Position numbers and translations under genes: made by a program
Shown here: in pieces, positions 10,273 to 20,238 of the stretch
How the letters are laid out: each line of letters opens with the position of its first letter
Numbering within the stretch: the stretch's first letter is position 1
Virus record (IMG/VR): IMGVR_UViG_3300027759_000054
Reading direction: 5' to 3' (one strand)
DNA: 64,000 nt
DNA from: an uncultured virus (IMG/VR IMGVR_UViG_3300027759_000054)
Taxonomy: Duplodnaviria; Heunggongvirae; Uroviricota; Caudoviricetes
The notes under the pieces: model-generated
Told to the model about the DNA's origin: nothing
Database searches by the model: none
Seen by the model: only the letters and a program-made list of their open reading frames with translations

Positions 10273-10950
10273 ATGCTACAATTTACAAATTCAGTTTCTA
10301 AAGAACTAAGTGACATTCTAGATCCATTCACAGAATGGTTCTTTGCTCAAAATGATCAACATCTCGTGCTGGGTCCACAAGAGCACCAAGAAAAGCGTAA
10401 AGGTGGATTGAATGTGGACACTGCCACCGACGAACAATATTTAAATCATATTGTCGGTAAGGGTGATAAGCATGTTGGATTTCCTGATGTTGCATGGTGT
10501 ACCGATATGTCTCAGGCACATGGACAAACATGGTTTCCAACCGAATATGGTAGAAGACAGCAAGCAACGAATTCTGAGATAATGAGTTATCTTGGTGCAA
10601 GAAACAATGCGGTGTTTACATATTATCCCGAAAATGGTTTCATGGGTTGGCATACCAATTGGAATGCATCAGGATATAATATTCTGATTACTTACAATAC
10701 AGAAGAAAATGGTGGATACTTCCGCTACCTGGATCCAGTTACGAAGGAAATCGTAACTATGGTTGATCCTATTGGTTGGTCATGCAAGGTTGGTCATTTC
10801 GGCGATCGTAGCGATCCGAATAAAATTGTCTATCATTGCTGTGGTAATACTGCGAAGAGATTGACACTAGGATATGTTGTACCGCATCTAGAAATCTGGC
10901 GGTCAATGATTGAAGATATCTCAGGTGAAGACGCTTCTCACTTTTCCTGA
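10273..10950 (+). CDS. 2OG-Fe(II) oxygenase-like protein
   Basis: YYPENGFMGWHTN, distal YHCC and RLTLGY; resembles a DSBH pattern with an atypical HxN. Confidence 0.55.
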   Translation: MLQFTNSVSKELSDILDPFTEWFFAQNDQHLVLGPQEHQEKRKGGLNVDTATDEQYLNHIVGKGDKHVGFPDVAWCTDMSQAHGQTWFPTEYGRRQQATNSEIMSYLGARNNAVFTYYPENGFMGWHTNWNASGYNILITYNTEENGGYFRYLDPVTKEIVTMVDPIGWSCKVGHFGDRSDPNKIVYHCCGNTAKRLTLGYVVPHLEIWRSMIEDISGEDASHFS

Positions 10951-11675
10951 GTGCTCTTAACCTCACTATATTTTGTGAGCAGATCTTCTAGAATAGTCAA
11001 CTGCTCATGCATTTTTTCAATATCATCTAGTAACTTAGGAACTGCAATTCTTGCTCGCTCGAGGATTGCAGTTTCATAGTTTTTAATTCCAACATTAGTA
11101 GCAGACTTAATTCGACGGTTTCGAAATAATGTTTTAATTTTACTAATCAACGATGGTTGTTTTGGTGTCATGTTTAGTTGAACCATTTGTTGATTACTGC
11201 GCTGTTCAGTTGCCTGTTGTCGTGCTTTTAAAATTTGTTCTTCTTTTATTTTTGCCGCTGCAGCATTTTCTCTAGCAAGTTTTTCATTTTCCTCTTTGAG
11301 GATTTGTAATTCTTCAACTAGTTTCGGATCTGTAACATGAACAGTTTCTATAACTGTTTCGATTACCTTCTCTATTACAACAGGCGGATTTTCTAAAATC
11401 TCTTTTGCTTTAGCAATTGTTTCTGCTGCTACTTTCGATTCTTCTTCTATTGCAAGTTTTTGTCTCTGCAATTCTTCATGTTTTTCTTGTGCGATTCTTT
11501 CTCTATCAAGTTCTTCTTGAGAAGGTTCATTAATCTCAACTTCGATAATTTCTTCTTGAAAGTTTCCATCGACCCACTCTTCCACGACCACTTCCTCGGG
11601 TGGAGGTGGTGCTGATACTAAAGGTTCCGGAATATAATCTTGCGGTGGTGGTGCGACGACTCTTGCTCTTGCCAT
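10938..11675 (-). CDS. Hypothetical Pro/Glu-rich coiled-coil protein
   Basis: 245-aa ORF, last gene of the minus-strand operon. Confidence 0.7.
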   Translation of the reverse strand: MARARVVAPPPQDYIPEPLVSAPPPPEEVVVEEWVDGNFQEEIIEVEINEPSQEELDRERIAQEKHEELQRQKLAIEEESKVAAETIAKAKEILENPPVVIEKVIETVIETVHVTDPKLVEELQILKEENEKLARENAAAAKIKEEQILKARQQATEQRSNQQMVQLNMTPKQPSLISKIKTLFRNRRIKSATNVGIKNYETAILERARIAVPKLLDDIEKMHEQLTILEDLLTKYSEVKSTQEK

Positions 11676-11676
11676 A

Positions 11677-12276
11677 TTATGTCCCCAATTCTATCATGCA
11701 CGTATTGAGATATAATCTGGAGAATTTTAATTTTCTCTCATAGCAGAAATCTCTGACTGCTGCTCTAACTCCAGGATGTAAACTATTATGTATTGAATAA
11801 TCATCAACAAAAATTAATCCATTTTGTTTTACCACATCAAGACTAGATACCAAATCTTCCATCACACCCTCATAACTATGATCACCATCGATATAAATCC
11901 AGTCCAATTTTTCTCCAGTATACGAAGAAAACCAATCCCGAGAAGTCATTCGATGGATAGTTGCAGGTAAATCTTTAAATTGTTCACAAACGTCAAGATA
12001 GAGATCGTCATAAAATTTTTGAAAATCTGCTGGGTCTGTCGAACCTACTAATGAAGAATATCTCTCTAATATTTTTTCGTACCCCATATTCAACCAATCA
12101 GTAGTATTTTCATATACGCTGATATTATATGGATCTATCATATGTAGATAACTACATTTTGTCAAAAGTTGTTTTGACGCATCACCTCTCCAGATACCAA
12201 TTTCTGCACCTACAGAATTTTCTGGAATCCAATTCTCAGTTATTTTTTTAATATCCGTGTTTGTCCCAAGCATCAT
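11677..12276 (-). CDS. Class I SAM-dependent methyltransferase (Methyltransf_24-like)
   Basis: GAEIGIWRG motif I; IYIDGDHSYEGV; GLIFVDDY. Confidence 0.85.
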   Translation of the reverse strand: MMLGTNTDIKKITENWIPENSVGAEIGIWRGDASKQLLTKCSYLHMIDPYNISVYENTTDWLNMGYEKILERYSSLVGSTDPADFQKFYDDLYLDVCEQFKDLPATIHRMTSRDWFSSYTGEKLDWIYIDGDHSYEGVMEDLVSSLDVVKQNGLIFVDDYSIHNSLHPGVRAAVRDFCYERKLKFSRLYLNTCMIELGT

Positions 12277-12933
12277 TTACTTTTTTCCAATTACCATGAA
12301 GCGATCAAAGTTTACTTTGCCATCCCAAGACCAGTAAGACTGTTCGATCTGTCCCTCGTAGAAAACATCAGTAACTCCAACATTCTCAACATGCTCTTCG
12401 ATCGATGGAACACAATTAATACCCCACATCTCTCTAAAAACATTTGACGACTGACAGGCAAAGATACAATCCTTGTTTGCGGTCGTCATTTTATTTAGCG
12501 GATACATTGCCTCGCAACCAATAGAAACTACCACATCAGTTTCTAGTGCATTGATGTCATGATATGCGAATGGAACATCCCAGTTGATATGATTTAATTC
12601 AATACCCTTCTCAGAATAATACCGATTGAACACCATTGATAATTCCAATGCGTCTTTATCAATATCGATCAAGTTAATTTTCTTGACATTTAAATTTTCA
12701 CACAGTAATGGAACAAGTGGAAATCCTAACCAAGAATTTAGAATTGTAATGTCTAATTCTTCTGGAACATCTTTCATCTCCAATAGTTTTTCGACTAACC
12801 AAATGGCAGCATCCATAGTATTCGGATTCATGGACTTGCGGAAGTCCTCGTGTTTCCATGGCATCTCGTTGGCAATCTTATCAAGTCCCTCGCCCCAATA
12901 GCGATAGTTGTTCAAGTAATTATAATTTAACAT
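12277..12933 (-). CDS. Methyltransferase-fold protein (degenerate motif I)
   Basis: ITILNSWLG..INLIDID..DVVVSIGCE..FACQS..RFMVIGKK; start set at MLNYNY. Confidence 0.55.
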   Translation of the reverse strand: MLNYNYLNNYRYWGEGLDKIANEMPWKHEDFRKSMNPNTMDAAIWLVEKLLEMKDVPEELDITILNSWLGFPLVPLLCENLNVKKINLIDIDKDALELSMVFNRYYSEKGIELNHINWDVPFAYHDINALETDVVVSIGCEAMYPLNKMTTANKDCIFACQSSNVFREMWGINCVPSIEEHVENVGVTDVFYEGQIEQSYWSWDGKVNFDRFMVIGKK

Positions 12934-13603
12934 CTTGTGGTCTTTCCATTGAATCGTATAAACAAACGAGCGGTTCAGGTCTGAGAACATGTTCTCTTAC
13001 ATCAATCGGCCAAACATATCCATAGTTATAACTATACACCCAGTTATCTGGAAAGTGTCCGATTTTCAAAAGACGTTCTCTTTGGTGACCGAATAGATTA
13101 TCTAACCCACGATAATAAAAAAACATTTGGTCAGGATAATCTCTTACGAATTTAGTAATTTTGTTTACATCTAATTTATCGTTCCATCTAAGAACGCTTG
13201 AATTTAGATCCGTGTATCTAAACGGAATTTCTTTTGTATCCTCTTTCATTTGCTTCATGTTATGCCAACGAGTTCGAATGAAAGTTAATGTATCTTCTGG
13301 ATTATATTCAACAATACAATCAATATTGTGTTGAATACCTATGTCTAAGTCTAGGAAAAGTTTTTCTCCCATCTGCCGCACGACATTTTTGTCAAACAAG
13401 TAAAGTTTATTCCACCATTTCTCATAGTAATTATCTTCAGGAATGGGAATAACTATGACCTCTGGATCTAAATCTCCAGGGTGTTCTGTAATACAATAAA
13501 ATTTAAATTCGTGAGTTATGTGCTCTCTACACATTTGCAGAATACGATTTACGTATTCTGGTCCATATTTGAACCCCCACTTCACTGTGTAAATATTAAT
13601 CAT
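12920..13603 (-). CDS. Glycosyltransferase-like protein (KWG.KY family) 4
   Basis: VKWGFKY, WWNKLYLF, FLDLD, NSSVLRW; TGATG overlap with the upstream gene. Confidence 0.75.
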   Translation of the reverse strand: MINIYTVKWGFKYGPEYVNRILQMCREHITHEFKFYCITEHPGDLDPEVIVIPIPEDNYYEKWWNKLYLFDKNVVRQMGEKLFLDLDIGIQHNIDCIVEYNPEDTLTFIRTRWHNMKQMKEDTKEIPFRYTDLNSSVLRWNDKLDVNKITKFVRDYPDQMFFYYRGLDNLFGHQRERLLKIGHFPDNWVYSYNYGYVWPIDVREHVLRPEPLVCLYDSMERPQDVKL

Positions 13604-14427
13604 CAAATATTCCAATGCTCTAAAAGATCAGGATCGACTAGTGATTCCTGCTTCACTTTGCCTCTACGATCATCTTGGAACGGCAGTAAATCCACATTAA
13701 ACACGCAGAGAATGCAGTCTTTTCTATATATACCCACGTCAAGATCTCCCGAATCCCAGTCGCGTCCTCGGTTATATGAGTAAGCAAACGTATTTGGAAA
13801 ATGTTTCCATAGAGGAGTATTGCTAAAGTCGCCCCATCGCCAACTGTGGTAGTTGTCGGTTCCATCTGTAAACGTAAACCAAATACGCTCTTGGTTTTCG
13901 AGAACGTCCTGCCAGATACACTCCGTCTGATCATCTGACCATACCATGCAACTACCATTGGTATATGCACCATGAGAGAGTTTGAAGTTGCGCGATTTCA
14001 TCGGTCGTGGATCTTGCCACCATGACCGTAACTTGGTAGGATTCTCTAAGTCATAAGTGATGATTGGCGACAAATCATTTTGTATGATAACATCAAGGTC
14101 GAAGAATACAAATCTTCCAGTGGGGTTATCTTCTGCGAAGTTGTGTGTATTGAAGATAAACGTTTTCGGTCTGTCCCAACAACGTGCCATGCCGTATTTG
14201 AAATCCTCAGATCCAAACCAGTATTTCGGATGGATGTCGGGAATGTCTGGGAAGTCTATTACTTTAATCTCGGCGTCGAATCCTTCGCTGTTATCCGTAT
14301 AGCAATAGAAGTGAAACTCAAAATTATCTGAAGTATGTTTCTTTGCCATTCGATAAAGACGATTGACAAACTCAGCAGAATACTTTGTCCCCCATTTACA
14401 GCAAACGTAATTAACTCTCATTGCCAC
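13603..14427 (-). CDS. Glycosyltransferase-like protein (KWG.KY family) 3
   Basis: CCKWGTKY, FFDLDVII, NGSCMVW. Confidence 0.75.
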   Translation of the reverse strand: MAMRVNYVCCKWGTKYSAEFVNRLYRMAKKHTSDNFEFHFYCYTDNSEGFDAEIKVIDFPDIPDIHPKYWFGSEDFKYGMARCWDRPKTFIFNTHNFAEDNPTGRFVFFDLDVIIQNDLSPIITYDLENPTKLRSWWQDPRPMKSRNFKLSHGAYTNGSCMVWSDDQTECIWQDVLENQERIWFTFTDGTDNYHSWRWGDFSNTPLWKHFPNTFAYSYNRGRDWDSGDLDVGIYRKDCILCVFNVDLLPFQDDRRGKVKQESLVDPDLLEHWNI

Positions 14428-15179
14428 AACCTAATAATATTTTCATCAGTGCATTCCATTAATTTAATTTGTGCCTTTGCACTCGGATGCGGAACATTGT
14501 CTGTGTTGAACAAACATACCTTAGCATCTTTGCGAAACTTAAACCATTCCACATCATCTGGGTGATGCTTTCCACGATTCCACGAATAGATCCATCCTCC
14601 AGGAATATCCTTCCAAAAATCTCTCTGTCTCCAGTAATGGTAATTGTCACTCCCTTTAAAAAACGTTTTGAAAACGGAGTCAGAATTTTGCATGACATCT
14701 TTGTAGATATGTTCACAAGAAACATTAGGCCATAACATCATGCTCGAATTATAGAAAGTGCCTCGAGTATCTATGAACAATCTATCATGTTTCTGCGATT
14801 GTGGTTGCCAACGACATTGAATTATTCTTGGTTTTTCGGATAATTCAATTACCTCTGTTATATCTTCTTGGATTACCACGTCAAGGTCAAAGTAACACCA
14901 GTTTCCAGTATAACCAAGCCAATTATGTGAATTAAATACCAAGAACTTTGCACGGTCAAAACAGAAGGTTTCTTCGCCAAACCAATATTTGGGATGCAAA
15001 ATACCATCGTCTGGTATAGGTGCAGTATCACATTCAATTCCCTCGGCGTTATCTGTAAAACACGTGAATGTATAGGAAGATGGGTTCCGAGAAAAATTCT
15101 TTCGCACCATCTTATATAAGTTGTTTACATACTTGGCAGAGTACTTGTCGCCCCACTTAATGCATACGAAGTTCATCAT
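14418..15179 (-). CDS. Glycosyltransferase-like protein (KWG.KY family) 2
   Basis: CIKWGDKY, YFDLDVVI, NSSMMLW. Confidence 0.75.
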   Translation of the reverse strand: MMNFVCIKWGDKYSAKYVNNLYKMVRKNFSRNPSSYTFTCFTDNAEGIECDTAPIPDDGILHPKYWFGEETFCFDRAKFLVFNSHNWLGYTGNWCYFDLDVVIQEDITEVIELSEKPRIIQCRWQPQSQKHDRLFIDTRGTFYNSSMMLWPNVSCEHIYKDVMQNSDSVFKTFFKGSDNYHYWRQRDFWKDIPGGWIYSWNRGKHHPDDVEWFKFRKDAKVCLFNTDNVPHPSAKAQIKLMECTDENIIRLWQ

Positions 15180-15834
15180 ATTCTTTATCTGCTCCAGGAA
15201 ACTGGTCTAAACCATTTAGTAATGCTATGGTATATTCTGGTCTATACCAGAAAGATTCGTTGTGGTCATCAATTCCATAATAATCTGCTCCATAAACAAA
15301 AGAATAAATTTCACCCTTTGGAAAGTAATTGAATCTAAAATCTTCATGCCAAAGAAATCTATCATCACCAAAGTATTTGACCATGAAGTAATCAGGATCT
15401 GATTGGAAGTGTTCCCAAATATGTTGAACAGTTCCTTCCCTCCACATAACAACACTCGAGTTATAATTACTTAAGAAACGCATACCATGAGTTTCACCAA
15501 CATAGTCTGGAAATTCTTTATTCTTCCAATAAGTATATACTATTGTAGGAAAATTGTCAATAGAATTCCACAAATGATCAATGTTTTTTTGGATCCTTGT
15601 GTCAAGATCCAAGTAAAGAACATCACCCAATCCCCCCAAAGTATACATCCATATTTTAATCCAATGTCCTTCTATGTCTTCAGGCATAGGAATTGCCGTG
15701 ATCAATGGATCTAGACCCGTTGGATCGTCGGTGATACAAGCATAGTTATATTTTCTGTCAGTATCATTTACTATTCTGTTTACATCTGCAGCAGAATATT
15801 TTTCACCATATTTTATCATCAAAATCGTTTGCAT
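15157..15834 (-). CDS. Glycosyltransferase-like protein (KWG.KY family) 1
   Basis: IKYGEKY, YLDLD, NSSVVMW, GDDRFL; start set at MQTILM. Confidence 0.75.
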   Translation of the reverse strand: MQTILMIKYGEKYSAADVNRIVNDTDRKYNYACITDDPTGLDPLITAIPMPEDIEGHWIKIWMYTLGGLGDVLYLDLDTRIQKNIDHLWNSIDNFPTIVYTYWKNKEFPDYVGETHGMRFLSNYNSSVVMWREGTVQHIWEHFQSDPDYFMVKYFGDDRFLWHEDFRFNYFPKGEIYSFVYGADYYGIDDHNESFWYRPEYTIALLNGLDQFPGADKEYDELRMH

Positions 15835-15849
15835 AGTATTCTCAGTTGT

Positions 15850-15874
15850 TATAAATATTCCCGTATAATTTATA
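15850..15874. promoter_or_regulatory. Pair of oppositely oriented late promoters
   Basis: TATAAATA on + (15850-15857) and near-consensus TATAAATT on - (15867-15874) in the 50-nt gap between divergent operons. Confidence 0.55.
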
Positions 15875-15884
15875 AGGGTTTCCG

Positions 15885-16214
15885 ATGGCACAAATTCAAA
15901 ATATTTATATTGACCAAGGAACAACTTTTTCTTTGTCTCTTACAGTAAATGATCAGAATGGAGACATAAAAGATCTTACAGGTTATACTGTAGCGGCACA
16001 AATGCGCAGATCGTATTACACTACTACTTCTACTAGTTTTACTGCAGCAGTTTCTTTGCCCGAAGATGGTGAAGTCACTATTTCATTGACTGCGGTGCAA
16101 ACCTCAGCAATAAAAGCAGGAAGGTATGTTTACGATATTGAAATTACAGGCGATGGTGAAACGCTACGAGTTCTTGAAGGGATCGTTGTAATTAATCCAG
16201 AGGTAACGAAATAA
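15885..16214 (+). CDS. Virion structural protein (BppU N-terminal-like Ig fold)
   Basis: IDQGTTF..DLTGYT..AQMR..GRYVYDIEI..RVLEG motif. Confidence 0.7.
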   Translation: MAQIQNIYIDQGTTFSLSLTVNDQNGDIKDLTGYTVAAQMRRSYYTTTSTSFTAAVSLPEDGEVTISLTAVQTSAIKAGRYVYDIEITGDGETLRVLEGIVVINPEVTK

Positions 16215-16429
16215 TGGCGCTAAAAGTTACAGTAGGAACTTCAAATACTATAAATACAAATATAGTAAGTAAAAGAACGTCAACTAAAATAGAGACGTTG
16301 GCGGATGTAGATGTTGAGGGTATCCAAGATGGATATACTTTGGTTTACAATACTGCTACGAACAAATGGGAGGCAGTAGATCCTGCTTCAGATTTGAATT
16401 TGGGTATTATAGACGGTGGAACGTTTTAA
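16214..16429 (+). CDS. Small fibre adaptor protein
   Basis: LADVD..DGYTLVYN..KW motif; C-terminal IDGGTF. Confidence 0.65.
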   Translation: MALKVTVGTSNTINTNIVSKRTSTKIETLADVDVEGIQDGYTLVYNTATNKWEAVDPASDLNLGIIDGGTF

Positions 16430-16469
16430 CAACTGAAATAGAAATAATAAACTAAAGGAAACTGACAAT

Positions 16470-18161
16470 ATGTCTACAATCATTCAAATTAAAAGAAGTT
16501 CGGGCGTAACTGCTCCAACAACAGCTGCTCTCCTAGAAGGGGAAATGGCATACGCACAAGACGCATCTGGTAACGGTGCTGGTGCAAAACTTTACATCGA
16601 ATCAATCGAAGGCGCATCTGCCGCCATTCATGCTGTCGGTGGTAAGTATTTCACAGACAAGATTGATGCTCGTCTTATCGACGCAACAACAACAGTTGCT
16701 GGCAAAGCAACCTTTGCTGAAGGAACAAATAATGGTTCCAACAAAGTAACTCTGAAGGCACCAGATACTCTTGCTGCCGATTATACTCTTACTCTTCCTG
16801 CCAATGATGGCGATGCTGACCAGTATCTAAAGACAGACGGTTCAGGCGTTACTTCATGGGCAGCAATTCCATCAGGTTCGTTCACTCTGAGCGACAACCA
16901 AGGAACTCCTAATACAGATACCTTCACAACTGGTGGAACTCTGACTTTTGCTGGTACTGCTGGTATCAAAACAACTGTTACAGACAACCAAATTGGCATC
17001 GTTGCTGATATTACTGGAACAACTGAAGTAACTACTCTTGCTGATGCAGACGAATTCCTCGTTTATGATGCATCTGCGACTGCAAACCGTAAAGTAACTG
17101 CTGAAAATATCGGTGATTACATCTATGCTGGTCTTTCGGGTGACATTACAGTAACTGAAGGTGGTGTTGTTTCGATTGCTGCCAACTCGGTTGCTCTTGG
17201 AACTGACACAACTGGTAACTATGTTGCTACTGTTGCTGGAACTGCAAACCAAGTTACTATCACAGGTTCAGGTTCAGAAACTGCTGCTGTTACCGTTGCT
17301 CTTACAGACGACGTTACTCTTGTTGGTGACCTAACAGTCGGTGGTAATGACATTAAGGCAAATGGTGGAACAACTTCTATCACTCTTTCGGGTGCAGATG
17401 TTGCCGTTGCTGGTGACCTAACAGTTACTGGAAATGACATTAAGTCATCTACTGCAACTGCTTTGTCTCTTGCTGGTGCTGATGTTACTGTTGCTGGTGA
17501 TCTGACTGTAACTGGTAATGACATTAAGTCATCTTCTGCTACTGCTCTAACTCTTGCAGGCGCAGACGTTACTGTTGCTGGTGACCTGACAGTTACTGGA
17601 AATGATATCAAGTCATCTGGCGGGACAACTGCTCTTACACTTTCGGGTGCTAACGTTACTGTTGCAGGAAACCTTACAGTTTCGGGAACAACAACTACTG
17701 TTAACTCGACAACTCTGTCTGTAACCGATCCACTCGTGTTTGTTGGTAACGACAATAACGCAACCGACGCAGTTGACATCGGTCTGTTCGGTATGTATGA
17801 TACCAGCGGTACACAAGATCTCTTCTCAGGTCTCTTCCGCGATGCGTCGGACGGTAAGTGGAAACTCTTTAGAGATTCACAGACTGCTCCAACTACAACT
17901 GTTAACACAGCGGCAACTGGTTATACTGTTGCTACTCTTGTTGCTAACCTCGAAGGCGGAACGGTTTCGTCACTTACTTCGGCAATCACTGTTCCAAACG
18001 GTGGTACTGGTGCGGCAACGTTTACTGCTAACGGCGTTCTATTTGGTGGCGGTACTTCGGCAATCGGTGCAACAGCTGTTGGAACTGCAGGTCAAGCACT
18101 TCTATCTGGTGGTTCAGGCGTTGCTCCTTCGTTCGGTAATATCGACGGTGGAACATACTAA
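16470..18161 (+). CDS. Tail fibre protein
   Basis: IQIKRS..L.EGEMAY N-domain; repeated GADVTVAGDLTVTGNDIKS; C-terminal IDGGTY. Confidence 0.8.
   Translation: MSTIIQIKRSSGVTAPTTAALLEGEMAYAQDASGNGAGAKLYIESIEGASAAIHAVGGKYFTDKIDARLIDATTTVAGKATFAEGTNNGSNKVTLKAPDTLAADYTLTLPANDGDADQYLKTDGSGVTSWAAIPSGSFTLSDNQGTPNTDTFTTGGTLTFAGTAGIKTTVTDNQIGIVADITGTTEVTTLADADEFLVYDASATANRKVTAENIGDYIYAGLSGDITVTEGGVVSIAANSVALGTDTTGNYVATVAGTANQVTITGSGSETAAVTVALTDDVTLVGDLTVGGNDIKANGGTTSITLSGADVAVAGDLTVTGNDIKSSTATALSLAGADVTVAGDLTVTGNDIKSSSATALTLAGADVTVAGDLTVTGNDIKSSGGTTALTLSGANVTVAGNLTVSGTTTTVNSTTLSVTDPLVFVGNDNNATDAVDIGLFGMYDTSGTQDLFSGLFRDASDGKWKLFRDSQTAPTTTVNTAATGYTVATLVANLEGGTVSSLTSAITVPNGGTGAATFTANGVLFGGGTSAIGATAVGTAGQALLSGGSGVAPSFGNIDGGTY
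17320..17690 (+). repeat. 28-29 aa fibre-shaft repeats (about 4-5 copies)
   Basis: V.GDLTV.GNDIK units visible in DNA and protein. Confidence 0.85.
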
Positions 18162-18169
18162 TATATAAA

Positions 18170-18200
18170 GGGAGGGGAATTACTCCCCTCCCACTTTTTT
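18170..18200 (+). terminator. Rho-independent terminator
   Basis: GGGAGGGGA-attac-TCCCCTCCC followed by ACTTTTTT. Confidence 0.85.
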
Positions 18201-18211
18201 GGAGATAGATA

Positions 18212-18538
18212 ATGGATCAAACAAAATTTATTAACTCGTATATTGCGAATCTTGCAGAACGACTGAAAGCATTAACACTTGATAATATCATGCTGAACAC
18301 CCAACTCACAATGGCGAATGAATCGCTTAATGAGTTGCAGAAAAAGATTCAAGTTTTAGAAGATATCCAAGCAATACCAGTTCCTAAGTCCGACTACATG
18401 GGTCTTGATGGTAAATTGAAATCTGATTACAGTTACACTGGTGCAGAAGAACCCTACCTCGTTGACGATGCAGAACAAAATGAGAAGGAAATTTTAAATG
18501 ACAGCGGCGGCAACGATAGTCCAAGTAAAGAGAAGTGA
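18212..18538 (+). CDS. Hypothetical coiled-coil protein
   Basis: GGAG RBS; heptad-like N-terminal half. Confidence 0.65.
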   Translation: MDQTKFINSYIANLAERLKALTLDNIMLNTQLTMANESLNELQKKIQVLEDIQAIPVPKSDYMGLDGKLKSDYSYTGAEEPYLVDDAEQNEKEILNDSGGNDSPSKEK

Positions 18539-18860
18539 AACTGCTAGTGCAATACCCACTGCAGGACAACTTGCGATAGGCGAACTCGCAGTCAATTTGA
18601 CTGACAAAAAGATATTTTCCAAGAAAACTGACGGTACTGTTGTAAGTCTTGGTGGAGTTGAAGTAAATGATGGTGGTGCAGCAACATCGGTAGCAACAAT
18701 CTCGTTTGCTGATACTGCATTCAGCGACTTCTTCGTTGATACAGCAACAAGTCCTGGAACTGCGATCGTTCGTCTCAATCAGATTACTGATCTGGATTAT
18801 GGATTAATCACAGATGAAGTTGCAGCATATAATGCAGTTGATTACGGGAGCATCGCATAA
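18498..18860 (+). CDS. Small fibre module protein
   Basis: VQVKRSET..PTAGQLAIGELAVN N-domain; C-terminal DYG motifs. Confidence 0.7.
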   Translation: MTAAATIVQVKRSETASAIPTAGQLAIGELAVNLTDKKIFSKKTDGTVVSLGGVEVNDGGAATSVATISFADTAFSDFFVDTATSPGTAIVRLNQITDLDYGLITDEVAAYNAVDYGSIA

Positions 18861-19063
18861 TGGCAGCAAGAGTTAAACTGAGAAGAGGTACTTCCACTCA
18901 GCACAATACTTTTACTGGCGCTGTTGCAGAAATTACCGTAGACACTACAAACAATACGATAAGGGTGCATGATGGTTCGACTGCTGGTGGTCACGAATTG
19001 TTGAAGAACACTCTAGCAAATATTAAAGACGGTGCCATTCTTGATGGTGGAACATATACCTAA
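18860..19063 (+). CDS. Small fibre module protein (Mtd/hyaluronidase N-terminal-like)
   Basis: KLRRGT..H..FTGA..EITVDT..VHDGST.GG; C-terminal LDGGTYT. Confidence 0.7.
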   Translation: MAARVKLRRGTSTQHNTFTGAVAEITVDTTNNTIRVHDGSTAGGHELLKNTLANIKDGAILDGGTYT

Positions 19064-19087
19064 ATAGGATGGGATTAGGAGATAAAA

Positions 19088-20236
19088 ATGGCAACGATTT
19101 TACAACTTAGAAGAGGGACTACTGTTCAGCACTCAACCTTCACAGGTGCTGTTGGTGAAGTCACTGTTGACACAACAAAAGATACAGTAGTTGTTCATGA
19201 TGGTACCACCGCTGGTGGTAAACCTCTGGCAACTGAAGCATATGTTACTTCAGCAATTCAGACTAAAGATAACAGTGACGAAATTACAGAAGGTTCAACG
19301 AACCTCTACTTTACAAATACAAGAGCAAGAGACGCATTTAGCGCAAGCACAGGTATTAGTATTACTAGTGGCGCAATTTCATCCACCATTACACAATATA
19401 CAGATGCTCTTGCCCGTGGTGCTGTATCTGTAACTGACTCTGGTGGCGATGGTTCACTAGCATATAACAGTTCGACGGGTGTAATTACTTACACTGGTCC
19501 AAGTGCAACAGATGTTCGCGCTCACTTCAGCGCTGGAACTGGTGTTACTATTACTAATGGTCAAGTTGCTATTGGTCAGGCAGTTGGAACTGGATCAAAC
19601 GTTACGTTCAATGATCTAACGGTAAGCGGTAATCTAACTGTTTCCGGAACTACCACTACAGTAAACACCGAAACAATCAATCTCGCCGATAACATCATTA
19701 CACTTAATAGCAATGAAACCAGTGCTCCTTCTCAGAATGCTGGTATTGAAATTGAGCGTGGTAGTTCCACAAACGTTGCATTTCAATGGAATGAGACTAC
19801 CGATGTTTGGGAATATACGGTAGATGGTACTAACTACATCCCTGTTGTTGGTACTACGGCAACGCAAACTCTTACAAACAAAACTTTAACAAGTCCTGTA
19901 ATTGGTAGTATTGTTAACACTGGTACGCTGACTTTACCAACAAGCACGGATACACTGGTCGGACGTGCTACTACTGATACATTAACCAATAAAACAATCA
20001 GTGGTGCATCAAATACCCTATCGAATATTGGTAACTCGTCACTAACAAATAGTGCAATCACTCTTGCTGGTACATCTGTTTCACTAGGTGGCGCTTTTAC
20101 TGCTACTAATATCCTTGATGCAATCAAAACGGTTGATGGTACTGGTTCGGGACTTGATGCCGATCTTCTCGATGGAAACTCGAGCGCATATTTCCGCATT
20201 AATGTTTACAATTCAGCAGGGACTCTATTGAATTAA
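19088..20236 (+). CDS. Tail fibre protein
   Basis: QLRRGT N-domain; EGSTNLYFT..RAR; QTLTNKT repeats; GSGLDADLLDG. Confidence 0.8.
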   Translation: MATILQLRRGTTVQHSTFTGAVGEVTVDTTKDTVVVHDGTTAGGKPLATEAYVTSAIQTKDNSDEITEGSTNLYFTNTRARDAFSASTGISITSGAISSTITQYTDALARGAVSVTDSGGDGSLAYNSSTGVITYTGPSATDVRAHFSAGTGVTITNGQVAIGQAVGTGSNVTFNDLTVSGNLTVSGTTTTVNTETINLADNIITLNSNETSAPSQNAGIEIERGSSTNVAFQWNETTDVWEYTVDGTNYIPVVGTTATQTLTNKTLTSPVIGSIVNTGTLTLPTSTDTLVGRATTDTLTNKTISGASNTLSNIGNSSLTNSAITLAGTSVSLGGAFTATNILDAIKTVDGTGSGLDADLLDGNSSAYFRINVYNSAGTLLN

Positions 20237-20238
20237 TT

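Noticed and set aside
17219..17908. 229-aa minus-strand repetitive ORF and similar shadow ORFs (e.g. 5386..6012, 49192..49773)
   Set aside because: Mirror of well-supported plus-strand genes
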